A DNA stretch of 64,000 nt from Candidatus Zambryskibacteria bacterium RIFOXYD1_FULL_40_13. Its GTDB lineage: Bacteria; Patescibacteriota; Minisyncoccia; Phycocordibacterales; DATDWN01. Shown in pieces: positions 1 to 9,765 of this stretch. The stretch's first letter is position 1; each line of letters starts with the position of its first letter. The notes beneath the pieces are model-generated. The model worked only from the letters and a program-made list of their open reading frames with translations. It was not told where the DNA came from and ran no database searches. The DNA lies in the NCBI GenBank assembly GCA_001824295.1, contig MHWY01000008.1, forward strand, positions 52,261 through 116,260, written 5' to 3'. Position numbers and translations under genes: made by a program.

Positions 1-882
1 TATCCTAGGAGTAATCATGAAAGCGATATCATCTTCTGTCACTGTGGTTTGGTTTATTTTGAGAAGGGAAAATAATTTCTGAAGACCCACCCTCGGACTT
101 TTCTGTAGCACCTTCATTCCGAAATATGAAAACACTCTGTTCTCACCCAGTAGAGGAACCATGTCTGACAGTGTTGCTAAACCAACCATGTCCAATAACC
201 ACTTTTCCCAACCAATTGGAAGACTGGATGAAATTTCCGGCTTCGAGTTTCTAATCTCTAAAATTAATGCTTGAATCACCTTAAATATTACCCCAGCACC
301 ACAAAGCATCTTCTCTGGATACTGACAATCTTTCTGTTTTGGGTTTATTATGGCGAAAGCTTTTGGTAATTTTTTTCCTGGAATATGGTGGTCGGTTATT
401 ATGGTCTCCATTCCATATTCGTTGGCAAACTTAATCTGTTCCACATCTGTGATGCCACAATCAATAGTGATGAGAAGTGTTACGCCTTCATTGTGCAAAC
501 TAGTAATAGCTTCATTGTTCAAACCGAAACCTTCCTCGTTGCGTAGTGGAATATAATTTACGAAGTTCGTATAATTTATTTTTTTAAAAAAATCGTGCAA
601 GACAACCGCACCAGGAATTCCATCCGCATCATAGTCACTATATATTCCGATTTTTTCGTTGTTCAAAACTGCCTTCAAAATTCTATCCACCACTTTTTTC
701 ATATCCTTCATAAGAAACGGATCATGAATTCCTGCTGTGTAATCTGGGAAGAGAAACCTTTGTGCGAGGCTTGTGTCACTTAGTCCCCTTGCATACAACA
801 AGCTCCTAACTAGAGGATGATACTCTTTTAGGCCTTCATGAGCGTTCTGAGGGATTGCGTCTCGGAGGGCATATTTTTTCAT
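1..882 (-). CDS. recJ: Single-stranded-DNA-specific exonuclease RecJ (5' part; runs off the window start)
   Basis: Manual translation from ATG at 882: MKKYALRDAIP...HDPFLMKDM...IYSDYDADG...ITIDCG...ITDHH, the DHH-family RecJ motifs. Absent from the ORF track because it is truncated. Confidence 0.93.
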   Translation of the reverse strand, partial: MKKYALRDAIPQNAHEGLKEYHPLVRSLLYARGLSDTSLAQRFLFPDYTAGIHDPFLMKDMKKVVDRILKAVLNNEKIGIYSDYDADGIPGAVVLHDFFKKINYTNFVNYIPLRNEEGFGLNNEAITSLHNEGVTLLITIDCGITDVEQIKFANEYGMETIITDHHIPGKKLPKAFAIINPKQKDCQYPEKMLCGAGVIFKVIQALILEIRNSKPEISSSLPIGWEKWLLDMVGLATLSDMVPLLGENRVFSYFGMKVLQKSPRVGLQKLFSLLKINQTTVTEDDIAFMITPRI

Positions 883-922
883 TCCTCAAGTGTAACACAG
901 CTTAATTGGCGTGAATAACACT

Positions 923-1093
923 GAAATCTCGTTGAAGTAAAACCTTTTTCAGAGCATCCGCAACCCCCGAGCCGGTGTTGTCAATGACCCGAGTGAAACG
1001 AGGGCTCTTGACAACGAGGGGGTGAGGACCAGAACAAATTTTTCGCTGGAAAAATTTGTGTCTCTGAAAAGGTTTTGGTGAAAAAGAGATTTC
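923..1093. repeat. MITE/REP-like nested inverted-repeat element
   Basis: Arms AAAACCTTTTTCAGAG (939-954) / CTCTGAAAAGGTTTT (1062-1076), outer GAAATCTC/GAGATTTC, internal GTTGTCAA..TTGACAAC and ACAAATTTTTC..GAAAAATTTGT hairpins. Confidence 0.6.
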
Positions 1094-1110
1094 GGTGTTA
1101 AAATATATGT

Positions 1111-1476
1111 ATGAAAGATTGTATATTTTGCAAAATAGTCAGTGGAGAAATTCCCTGCCATAAAGTTTATGAGAATGAAAAGTTTCTCGCCTTTCTTAGC
1201 ATTGAACCAGAATCCCCCGGACACACCCTGGTTATACCAAAGGAACATTATAGGTGGGTTTGGGACGTTCCAGAAGCTGGAGAATATTTTGAAGTCTCAA
1301 AAAAAATCGCCCTAGCTCAAAAAAAAGCTTTTGATACGGACTGGGTACTGTCAAAGGTGGTTGGAGAGGAAGTTCCTCATGCCCACATCTGGGTTTTTCC
1401 AAACGATAAAGTAATTGGCGACAAAAAAGATTTTGAGACCAATGCTGAAAAAATTAGAAAAGAATTATCTAAATAG
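1111..1476 (+). CDS. HIT family protein
   Basis: N-terminal DCIFCKIV, GHTLVIPK and histidine triad HAHIW. Confidence 0.92.
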   Translation: MKDCIFCKIVSGEIPCHKVYENEKFLAFLSIEPESPGHTLVIPKEHYRWVWDVPEAGEYFEVSKKIALAQKKAFDTDWVLSKVVGEEVPHAHIWVFPNDKVIGDKKDFETNAEKIRKELSK

Positions 1477-2227
1477 AATCTACAAGCTTTATTATTTCAA
1501 TAAAATCTTTTGCATTCAAACTCTCTCTACCCACTAAGAGTCCAGAAACATTTCCTTCTTTTACGAGCTCGTCTGCATTAACCCTGTCGGCATCTCCTCC
1601 ATATAAAATCCTAGTACCATCTGCAGAAACTCCACACAAATCTTTCAAAACTTTTTTAATAAAAATTGTCATCTCGTGCAAATCTCTTGGTGAGATTGCT
1701 TCCCTTGCTCCCACTGCCCAGATAGGTTCATAGGCAATTATAATCTGTCCTAAAAGTTTTTTTGGAACATCTTTTAAGCTAGATAAAATTTGCTGTTTTA
1801 AAAACCCGTAAAAATCTCCATTGCTATCTCTCGTGCTCTCACCAATACATATTATTGCATTCATTCCACCACCAACAACTGACCTGACTTTTTTATTTAT
1901 TAGTTCATCGCTCTCTCCCATCTTTCTCCTCTCCGAATGTCCCAAAATAACATAATCCACCTTGAACTGAGAAAGCTCTGCAAAACTCACTTCTCCGGTA
2001 AACGAACCCACAGTCTCATGATTTGCATTCTGTGCACCAAGAAAAATATTCTCTCCAGTAAATCCAGATACAGCAGATAAATATATAAATGGCGGACAAA
2101 GTACAACCTCTGTTCTTTTTAAATTCCGGGTTGACCTCTTCACACTCAATACAAGTTTTTTCGCTTCTTCTAAGCTGGTCGGGTTCATTTTCCAATTTCC
2201 AACCACGAGTTTTTTTACCTTTTTCAT
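1469..2227 (-). CDS. tpiA: Triosephosphate isomerase
   Basis: VGNWKMN, GHSERR, AYEPIWAVG and LYGG motifs. Confidence 0.97.
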   Translation of the reverse strand: MKKVKKLVVGNWKMNPTSLEEAKKLVLSVKRSTRNLKRTEVVLCPPFIYLSAVSGFTGENIFLGAQNANHETVGSFTGEVSFAELSQFKVDYVILGHSERRKMGESDELINKKVRSVVGGGMNAIICIGESTRDSNGDFYGFLKQQILSSLKDVPKKLLGQIIIAYEPIWAVGAREAISPRDLHEMTIFIKKVLKDLCGVSADGTRILYGGDADRVNADELVKEGNVSGLLVGRESLNAKDFIEIIKLVDSI

Positions 2228-2356
2228 GAATAGTATTGTACCACATTATGAATAACTGTTTTGAATCATAAAAAGTGCATTCATAAAACTTCCAAATTTG
2301 GATGAAATCCCCACGGATTTCAGATCCAAGATAATCAATTAAATTGCCGTGTATTA

Positions 2357-2482
2357 TAAAACGCTCAAATTCAGATGCAATCCGCGAAGCAAGATTTTTT
2401 GGTGACCAAAACGTACAACAGTACGTTGCGTGGAACCAAAAAAGCGAGGCGACAAAGGAGTGCGTTGAATTTGAGTGTTTTA
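2357..2482 (-). repeat. 3'-UTR palindromic repeat family A, divergent copy
   Basis: Arms TAAAACGCTCAAATTCA/TGAATTTGAGTGTTTTA; core GTGACCAA..GTAC-N4-GTAC..GCGTGGAAC shared with the copy at 34.4 kb. Confidence 0.6.
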
Positions 2483-3940
2483 TTTAACTTCCTCCCAAGA
2501 GACAATGGAGTACTGATCAGAGGTCAGTGGAAAACTTGGTGGTGGACCATACAAGAGATTCGCATCAAATATTATATTTCTAATATCATAGCCGGTGTTA
2601 TCGGTATAAGCAAAACCATATCGTAAATTTGTGCCAAGCATCCCATATAGTGTTATTGAGTTTCGAAGATATCCAGTTCCACAAGATGAAGAGTAGTGAT
2701 ATCTACCAACGCGACCGTTTTGAGCAATAAGGGCGGCGTCTATTCGTAAATCATTTGCACTACTTAACCCCACATTAATATCGTCCTGTGAAATAAGCGA
2801 AATCACATCTTGGCCATCATAATTCGTATACAAAAGATTGTTGTTTATAGTAATACTTGGTCGAGTACTTGGATTATCTGGAAATTTACCAGAAGCAAGC
2901 GTCACGCGAGCAGTGTTTATTTGGCCCTCAACCCAAACTTTATCTTCCACAAAAATAAGTCCATTTGTTGGAATAGCATAATTTGAAATAAATGTCTGAC
3001 TACTACCAGTCGTCTTTATGCTCCATGTTCCCCAGCCAGTCACATCTTCATCACAACTACCTGATGCAGATGTCAGAGTATTAACTCTATATAAATCAAA
3101 AGTATCATTAACTTTGAAAACAACACGATATCCCCTGGCGCCAGAACTTGATATATATCTACCTGCGGACTGAGCACCACTTTTTATCTGTGCCAAATCT
3201 GTTGTCAAACCAACAAAGTCTACTGCTGGTACAGGAAATGAACGCCCAACCTCAAACACATCTGGACGATTTGCTACGACGCTCGGTGGGGCTTCAGCTG
3301 ACCTGAATGAGTCGTTTACACCACTTCCTGGGGGTGGATTAACGTGGGTGTGCACACCAAACTCATTATTTCCAGTGTGGTCTGGATCATCATATTTATC
3401 CTTTGCACTTGTAATTAAGTTGTGGGCAAGACCATCAAAACGCAAACCGTTATTTGAGTGAATTGGCCCAAATACTTCTGTGCCTTCTCCAAAACGCATA
3501 TAGTCGTTTGCAACAATAGCGAATTTCGCAAAAGAAGGGATGGCCAACTGAACTAAAATGGAGCGAGACACTGCTGGGTCTGAAACCACCTTGCCTGTTG
3601 ATTTTATTTTTACAAGAGTAAAACCAGTTGCAGGTGGTGTAATATCAAGAGTAAATGTCCCTATTTTTACTCCATCTTTATCAAAAAAATCATGGGTATA
3701 CGGACCAGCTACACCTGTGCCATCCTTATAGTCCGTAGGAGCATGTGCCAAGTGCCATCTATAATAGTCTATCCCCGCTTCAGCTATCTGAAGTGCCTGT
3801 TCGCGATACAGGCCAACACGTGATGCCCTTATGTTTGTGCCCGCCCAACTAATAAGCGCCCCAATCATTACAATAGAAATAACACCAAAAAGAAAAGCCT
3901 GAATTAGAATTGAACCAGTTTGTAATGACTTGTTTTTCAT
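2480..3940 (-). CDS. PilX-like minor pilin/pilus assembly protein with large C-terminal domain
   Basis: TGSILIQAFLF hydrophobic N-terminus, PilX-type QALQIAEAGIDY motif, last gene of the pilin operon. Confidence 0.75.
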   Translation of the reverse strand: MKNKSLQTGSILIQAFLFGVISIVMIGALISWAGTNIRASRVGLYREQALQIAEAGIDYYRWHLAHAPTDYKDGTGVAGPYTHDFFDKDGVKIGTFTLDITPPATGFTLVKIKSTGKVVSDPAVSRSILVQLAIPSFAKFAIVANDYMRFGEGTEVFGPIHSNNGLRFDGLAHNLITSAKDKYDDPDHTGNNEFGVHTHVNPPPGSGVNDSFRSAEAPPSVVANRPDVFEVGRSFPVPAVDFVGLTTDLAQIKSGAQSAGRYISSSGARGYRVVFKVNDTFDLYRVNTLTSASGSCDEDVTGWGTWSIKTTGSSQTFISNYAIPTNGLIFVEDKVWVEGQINTARVTLASGKFPDNPSTRPSITINNNLLYTNYDGQDVISLISQDDINVGLSSANDLRIDAALIAQNGRVGRYHYSSSCGTGYLRNSITLYGMLGTNLRYGFAYTDNTGYDIRNIIFDANLLYGPPPSFPLTSDQYSIVSWEEVK

Positions 3941-3941
3941 T

Positions 3942-4556
3942 CTATAAGTTATCTTTTAGATTACGCAGATTCACTTGAGATGTCACAACTATTTGGGCGG
4001 GAGAACGACCGGGATTTTTATCAATTATAGCAGTAACCTTAACAAGACGAACAGATTGAATGTTGACCGGATATGTGAGGGGGGCTGTAGATCCAGCATA
4101 GTCTGCAGGATAGTATTCAAAAAGTGGACGTGTTGAACTAGCAATAAAGTCGGAAATAACATTGGATATCTTCTCGTTCGCACTATTATATGTAAGTGGA
4201 TTTCCACTTGGAGCTATTATGCCCCTTTTAACATTTGTTCCACTAACATAATACCGAACCCTATCCCTCAAACCGTCATTGTTTACATCACTATAAAAAG
4301 TTATGCTTGTGGAACTAGCAGAAGCAATCGGATACGCACCAAGAGCAGATGGACCGGTTTCGCGCAACTCAGCAACCATTGTTTTCACCACGCGTCTAGC
4401 ACTCATTTGGGCACTTAGTCCGTTTTGTAAAGCAAAGTTCAAAGAAAAAACATCCCTTTGGAAGGTTGAGACTCCTAGGGTTAGGACACTCAGTATAAAA
4501 ATACTGATAAGCAGTTCTGAAATTGTGAATCCTTTTTTATAAAAATCCTTATTCAT
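3942..4556 (-). CDS. Prepilin-type N-terminal cleavage/methylation protein (PilW-like minor pilin)
   Basis: Class III signal KKG|FTISELLISIFIL. Confidence 0.85.
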   Translation of the reverse strand: MNKDFYKKGFTISELLISIFILSVLTLGVSTFQRDVFSLNFALQNGLSAQMSARRVVKTMVAELRETGPSALGAYPIASASSTSITFYSDVNNDGLRDRVRYYVSGTNVKRGIIAPSGNPLTYNSANEKISNVISDFIASSTRPLFEYYPADYAGSTAPLTYPVNIQSVRLVKVTAIIDKNPGRSPAQIVVTSQVNLRNLKDNL

Positions 4557-4570
4557 TTGTTTTTTCTAAA

Positions 4571-6367
4571 TTAAATCGGGACAAAAACGATTTCCTTTGA
4601 AACCCAAGAAACACTTACTGGAACTGAAACATCCTGTGTAACATACCCACTTTTTTCCAAATGAAGAGAATATGTTCCCGAGGACAAACCACTAAAGGAA
4701 ATTTGCCCGGGCGGAGTACAGGAGGTAGTAAAGGTAAAGAATATATCAGAAATATTTGGTGTTGCTGTGGTTACCGCACTATCTAAATAAAGTTTATATC
4801 TAAGATATCTGTTGCCATTGTTACCAGAAAAAATATTTCTGTCAGCATTTGTGTAATATGTACTAGCTGTGCCGTCTGGACCAGTAAAATTCCACACACC
4901 CCCGTCGCTATTCGTAGCAATCTGAATCCTAACATTTGGATTTCCAGTGCTGACTGGCTGGTCGATTGGATTCCAGTTTATTTGTTGGAAGTTACTCGTT
5001 GCACCAGTATCAAAAGAGGACGATGTCAGATTTCCGCTCGGTACATAATCATCAAATATCTTTTTTAGTAAGACATCTCCGACGGGATTTTGGTTCTCAA
5101 TGTTTCCATCCGAAGAAAAGTACATGCTTAAGTCTGTTGATGTGGCCTGACCACTTCCTAAAGACCAGTCCGTTTGTCCGAGAAAACCACGCCCAGTTAT
5201 TCCGTTCGCACTAAAACCAGTTTTGGTTAATGTGACAGAGACATCTGACAAAGGTAACCCCGCCACACCATCTTTAACAATAACCAACAACGTATTGGGG
5301 TCTTTTGGTTCAACAATAATTTTTACATCCTGTGTACTACCAGGAGTTATGCTGGTTGGCAATAGTGGATTTGTTCCTACAACATTATGAGTAGCATCTA
5401 TTCCCGTAAATGTATAAGTGTCCCACTCCATATTGCTTAGCGTCAGTTCCCCTGCACCACTTGTCACTTTATTTTCGTCATATTTTAATACATCTGGATC
5501 GGTGCCTATTAGTTTGCTTCCTTGCAGTGAAAAATCAAATGACGAAACTGGGTCGCAGGTATTAGTTACAGAGCTGATATTAAAGATGCTCAGTCTGTCA
5601 ATTATGAAACTAAGCTGAGTTACTTGTTGTAGAACGATGGTTGCGTGTGGTTTTGTTGGGTTTGGATTTTCTGCTGTTATCTCTTTTGTTTCATCCGTAG
5701 AAAAGTTAGGCTTGGTAACTGTAATTTCGTAAGAATTAATTCCTGGTACTGCATCCACAATTTGCAACATTCCATTTAGGTTGGTTACATCGTCTATAAC
5801 TATTGGCGGATTAACATTATTATTCTCTATATGAACATTTGCATCTGAAACTGGGTTCCCGCTTGCATCAAAAACTCTTATAAAAAGTGCTCCGTTTGTA
5901 CTCGCCGTCTCAAGATTCTTTGGAGCAACTCTTGTAGTCACAACCATTGGGGTAAAGTTTTTGCAGTTTGAGCAATCAATTTCTATCTCAACAATTTTAA
6001 AATCTGCTGGAGACAAATCGTTTGGAGTTCCACCAATAGTCCCATCAAACGGATCGTCAATATTTCTGATTGTTGTTGTAACAGAATAGTGATAGGAATC
6101 CCGGTTAAGTATTTGAGAATGAATCAACTTACCCGTGGGAATACCAGAAACAAGGCCAACTTCTGAATACGGAAGGTTACGAGCAATCTCTAACTGTTCG
6201 TTTATTAAGGCTATTGCCTCTATTTTTGAACGACTAGCATAAACTACATTAAATACTCCCATGTAGGAATTATAAACAGCTACGATAATGACAAGAAAAA
6301 CAGCGATTCCGACAATAAGTTCAACCAAAGAAAAACCCTCTGTTTTATTTGTCTTTGTAATAATCAT
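4571..6367 (-). CDS. Prepilin (PilV-like) fused to carboxypeptidase-regulatory-like beta domains
   Basis: EG|FSLVELIVGI class III signal; repeated VFDASGNPVSDANV / VKDGVAGLPLSDVSV / SGTYSLHLEKSGY beta-sandwich motifs. Confidence 0.8.
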   Translation of the reverse strand: MIITKTNKTEGFSLVELIVGIAVFLVIIVAVYNSYMGVFNVVYASRSKIEAIALINEQLEIARNLPYSEVGLVSGIPTGKLIHSQILNRDSYHYSVTTTIRNIDDPFDGTIGGTPNDLSPADFKIVEIEIDCSNCKNFTPMVVTTRVAPKNLETASTNGALFIRVFDASGNPVSDANVHIENNNVNPPIVIDDVTNLNGMLQIVDAVPGINSYEITVTKPNFSTDETKEITAENPNPTKPHATIVLQQVTQLSFIIDRLSIFNISSVTNTCDPVSSFDFSLQGSKLIGTDPDVLKYDENKVTSGAGELTLSNMEWDTYTFTGIDATHNVVGTNPLLPTSITPGSTQDVKIIVEPKDPNTLLVIVKDGVAGLPLSDVSVTLTKTGFSANGITGRGFLGQTDWSLGSGQATSTDLSMYFSSDGNIENQNPVGDVLLKKIFDDYVPSGNLTSSSFDTGATSNFQQINWNPIDQPVSTGNPNVRIQIATNSDGGVWNFTGPDGTASTYYTNADRNIFSGNNGNRYLRYKLYLDSAVTTATPNISDIFFTFTTSCTPPGQISFSGLSSGTYSLHLEKSGYVTQDVSVPVSVSWVSKEIVFVPI

Positions 6368-6405
6368 TTTTAAAAGCGTAAGATTTCCTATTTTTGAAAT
6401 TTCTT

Positions 6406-7620
6406 CTATATAGCGTCAGCAAGTGAATATGTTGGTCCAAGCATTGATATGGCAAAGAATCCAACGGCCACACCAATAAATATCATTAGTACCGGCTCAA
6501 TAATTGAGGACATATCTTTTGTCTTCTGATCAACCTCATCTTCATAATAGACAGCAACCGATAGAAGCATCTCCCCTATCTTACCTGTCTCTTCACCCAC
6601 AGCCACCATTTCTCCAACAAATAGTGGATACAGTTTGTCATTTGAAGAAAAGACCACAGATATCTGCTCACCTTTCTGAATTATGTTCTGTATTTTTTCT
6701 AGCACCTCTTTGTAATATGAATTCTGTATCACATCCTTTGTAATACCAATAGCAACAACAATATCTACCCCAGATGAAATAAGTGAGGAAAGGGTTCGTG
6801 CAGTACGCGCTGAATTAATCTGTTTTACTATTTCATTGACTACTGGAATATGAAGTATCACCCAATCCAACATCCGTTTTCCTTTTTTTGTGCGCATAAA
6901 AATCGTTGACAAAAAACCAAAGGCCAACAAACCGACAGCAAGAAGCAAAAAGTATGATTTAAGAAAATCACTAATAGCAATAATAATTCTTGTGGCCAGC
7001 GGAAGTTTTATTCCTAATCCGATAAATGTTGCTGTAAGCGTAGGCACCATATATATCATCATCAGAACACCGATAATAATCATGAGAGAAAAGATTACCG
7101 CCGGATACATCAGGGCTCCTTTGATTTTTTTTGTTAACTGATATGACTTCTCCATCTGCATACTAACATTCTGTAGAGCCATAGACAGATTTCCTGATTC
7201 CTCCCCCGCCCTAGTCATTGATACAAACAAGACAGAGAAAACATCTGGATAATTCTTCATTGAATCACTAAATGTGGCACCCTCGGAAAGTGATTTGTTT
7301 AGCCCCATTAACACTTTTTTGAATTTACCCTTTGCCTGCCTTTCTAATATTGAAAGACCACGAGTAATCGGTAGCCCGGCGTCTATCATCTTTGAAAGAT
7401 TTCTGGCAAATATAATTTTGTCATGCGTTTTTACTCCACCAAGAAAAGAAAAAAGGCTAGATAGAGAAAGCGGGGTTTTGTTTTTTACTTCTTCGGCAAA
7501 AATAACAGTACCACCAGACTCCTTTATGGTGTGGTACAAAGCAAATTTATCTTTTGCATCTTGAGTACCCTCGGTCGTCTTACCCTCTTTATCAATTATT
7601 TTGTAGTGAAATAGTGTCAT
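6406..7620 (-). CDS. pilC: Type IV pilus platform protein PilC (GspF family)
   Basis: AGEESGNL, GALMYP, VGEETG and IIEPVL motifs; 404 aa. Confidence 0.93.
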   Translation of the reverse strand: MTLFHYKIIDKEGKTTEGTQDAKDKFALYHTIKESGGTVIFAEEVKNKTPLSLSSLFSFLGGVKTHDKIIFARNLSKMIDAGLPITRGLSILERQAKGKFKKVLMGLNKSLSEGATFSDSMKNYPDVFSVLFVSMTRAGEESGNLSMALQNVSMQMEKSYQLTKKIKGALMYPAVIFSLMIIIGVLMMIYMVPTLTATFIGLGIKLPLATRIIIAISDFLKSYFLLLAVGLLAFGFLSTIFMRTKKGKRMLDWVILHIPVVNEIVKQINSARTARTLSSLISSGVDIVVAIGITKDVIQNSYYKEVLEKIQNIIQKGEQISVVFSSNDKLYPLFVGEMVAVGEETGKIGEMLLSVAVYYEDEVDQKTKDMSSIIEPVLMIFIGVAVGFFAISMLGPTYSLADAI

Positions 7621-7623
7621 GTT

Positions 7624-9375
7624 TTATTCTGATATTACTCTTAATACTTCCTCAATGGTGGTTATGCCTTGTACGGCCTTAAATATTCCATCTTCGTACA
7701 TTGTAAGCATTCCTTCCTTTTCTGCTTGAAGCTGGATGTCATCTGATGTCCCTGATTTCAAAATAATTTCTTTTATAGTTGGTGAAACCTTCAAAATCTC
7801 ATGAATTCCAACTCTCCCAGAAAAACCATCTTCAGATGAAACATCTTTCTTTATTCTCCAAAAAGGAACCTTATCCCAGGTGTCCGACTTTTCGACAACC
7901 TTTTCTTCCTTGAGTGTCTTAAGTACCTTGTCCAGATTGATAGACCTTCCAAGTGTATCTAGTTCTGCTTTTGATAGAAAATATTTTTCTTTCTGATCGG
8001 TCAGCTTTCTGACAAGCCTTTGTCCAATAATTATATTAATTGTTGATACAAGTAAAAATGGCTCAACTTTCATATCAATTAACCTTGGTATGGTTCCAGC
8101 AGCTGAATTGGTGTGAAGGGTGGACAGAACCACGTGTCCAGTAAGTGCCGCGTTGACAGCAAGAGAAGCGGTCTCGTTATCACGAATTTCACCAACCATA
8201 ATTATATCCGGATCTTGACGAACAAGAGTACGAAGTCCATTTGCAAAAGTAAATCCAATCTCTGGACGAACCTGTGTTTGATTAATCCTTTTCATCTGAT
8301 ACTCAATAGGATCTTCAATGGTTGAAATGTTAAGATCGGGAGTATTCAAAATATCTAAAATTGTATATAAGGTTGTTGTTTTTCCTGAACCAGTCGGACC
8401 AGTAGTCAAAATCATTCCTGTTGTTGATTTCACCGCCTTGTGTATTCTCTCCAGTCCCTCACCATGAAAAGAAAGGTACTCTAAAGTAAACCCCGAAACA
8501 TTTTCACGGAGGAGTCGCATCACAACCTTTTCACCATAATAGGTTGGCAAGGTGGAGACACGGAAAGATACCTTTTCGCCATCTGAGTCAATCTTAAATC
8601 TGCCGTCCTGAGGAAGACGTTTTTCGTCAAGCTTAAGACTTGATAATACTTTTATGCGGGCAACTACACTTGGAGCCATGTTTTTTGGTAATATCATGGC
8701 ATCGTGCAACAAACCATCAAGCCGATATCTGACCAATAATTCATGTTCCTGGGGCTCAATGTGAATATCAGAAGCATTTTGTAATATTGAATGCTTTAAT
8801 AGAGTATCTACAATACGAACGACTGGAACATCATCTGCTAATTTTCTAAGATTTTCTTCGCTTGTGTCAGACTCTGGATCATCAGCGATACTTTTTATTG
8901 AGTTAGCCTCTTTTTGAATTAAGTCTCCAAACTCCGCCTTGAGTGATTTCTGATATTGCAATATGGCGCTTTTCATTGAGTCCGTATCAGTAAGACGAGG
9001 AAGAATCTTTAGACCCACTTTCTTCTTTATAAAATCAATCGCTGTTAAGTCCTCTGTATCAAGCATGGCAACTTCAAGCGAAGTGTCGGTTTTTTTGAAG
9101 GCTACAATATTGTGATTACGAGCAATTGGTTCTGGAATAAGAGAAAGGACATCAAAAGGAAGTTTTTCTGTCTTGAGATTAACAAAAGGAATACCAAGGA
9201 TGTAGGCCTGCATACGACGAAGATCGTCTTCCGTCATCTTTCCTTTATTTACTAGTATTTTTCCAAGATTTCCACCGGTCTCTTTCTGTTCCTTCTCAGC
9301 AGTTTCAACATCTGCTCGTGAGACAAGCCCCGAGTCCAAGATAAATTCCTTTAATTGTGCTTCTTCAATATGCAT
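7624..9375 (-). CDS. pilB: Type IV pilus assembly ATPase PilB (GspE family)
   Basis: ASDIHIEP, RLPQDGR, Walker A GPTGSGKTT, RQDPDIIMVGEIRD, TGHVVLSTLHTN. Confidence 0.95.
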   Translation of the reverse strand: MHIEEAQLKEFILDSGLVSRADVETAEKEQKETGGNLGKILVNKGKMTEDDLRRMQAYILGIPFVNLKTEKLPFDVLSLIPEPIARNHNIVAFKKTDTSLEVAMLDTEDLTAIDFIKKKVGLKILPRLTDTDSMKSAILQYQKSLKAEFGDLIQKEANSIKSIADDPESDTSEENLRKLADDVPVVRIVDTLLKHSILQNASDIHIEPQEHELLVRYRLDGLLHDAMILPKNMAPSVVARIKVLSSLKLDEKRLPQDGRFKIDSDGEKVSFRVSTLPTYYGEKVVMRLLRENVSGFTLEYLSFHGEGLERIHKAVKSTTGMILTTGPTGSGKTTTLYTILDILNTPDLNISTIEDPIEYQMKRINQTQVRPEIGFTFANGLRTLVRQDPDIIMVGEIRDNETASLAVNAALTGHVVLSTLHTNSAAGTIPRLIDMKVEPFLLVSTINIIIGQRLVRKLTDQKEKYFLSKAELDTLGRSINLDKVLKTLKEEKVVEKSDTWDKVPFWRIKKDVSSEDGFSGRVGIHEILKVSPTIKEIILKSGTSDDIQLQAEKEGMLTMYEDGIFKAVQGITTIEEVLRVISE

Positions 9376-9383
9376 GAGAAAAA

Positions 9384-9418
9384 TTTCTAATTTCTAATTT
9401 CTAATTTCTAATTTCTAA
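9384..9418. repeat. Heptamer tandem repeat (TTTCTAA)x5 in the pilB leader
   Basis: Five exact copies read directly from the sequence. Confidence 0.9.
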
Positions 9419-9561
9419 TCAATTTTCAATGATTAAATTATAAAATTAGAATTTTATTATCTGTATTATAACAAAAAATAAAACTTATTACATAAAGAAT
9501 GTGTATAAATATTGTTTGTTAAGAATAATATTCAAGTAAAAATTCTTCAAAATTACTTATT

Positions 9562-9590
9562 TGACAAGAATGCATGAACTGTGATAATAT
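9562..9590 (+). promoter_or_regulatory. sigma70-type promoter for nusA
   Basis: TTGACA at 9562 followed by TGTGATAATAT (-10 region), upstream of a structured leader. Confidence 0.6.
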
Positions 9591-9670
9591 GGTGTTATTG
9601 AAGTTCGCCCACCCGGGCGGGCTAATTTTTTACAAGAAATTAACGAGCAAGGCGACTATAATTTACTAGT

Positions 9671-9728
9671 ACCCCGTGAAATAACTTTGGCAAAGCCAAA
9701 GTTCCCGCAAAGCGGGATTTCACAGGGT
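9671..9728. repeat. CCCGTGAAAT...ATTTCACAGGG palindromic element in the nusA leader
   Basis: Terminal arms enclose two GCAA-capped hairpins (CTTTGGCAAAGCCAAAG, CCCGCAAAGCGGG). Confidence 0.65.
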
Positions 9729-9765
9729 GATGTTATTCTAATCGCTCCGCTCAAGAATAACTATC

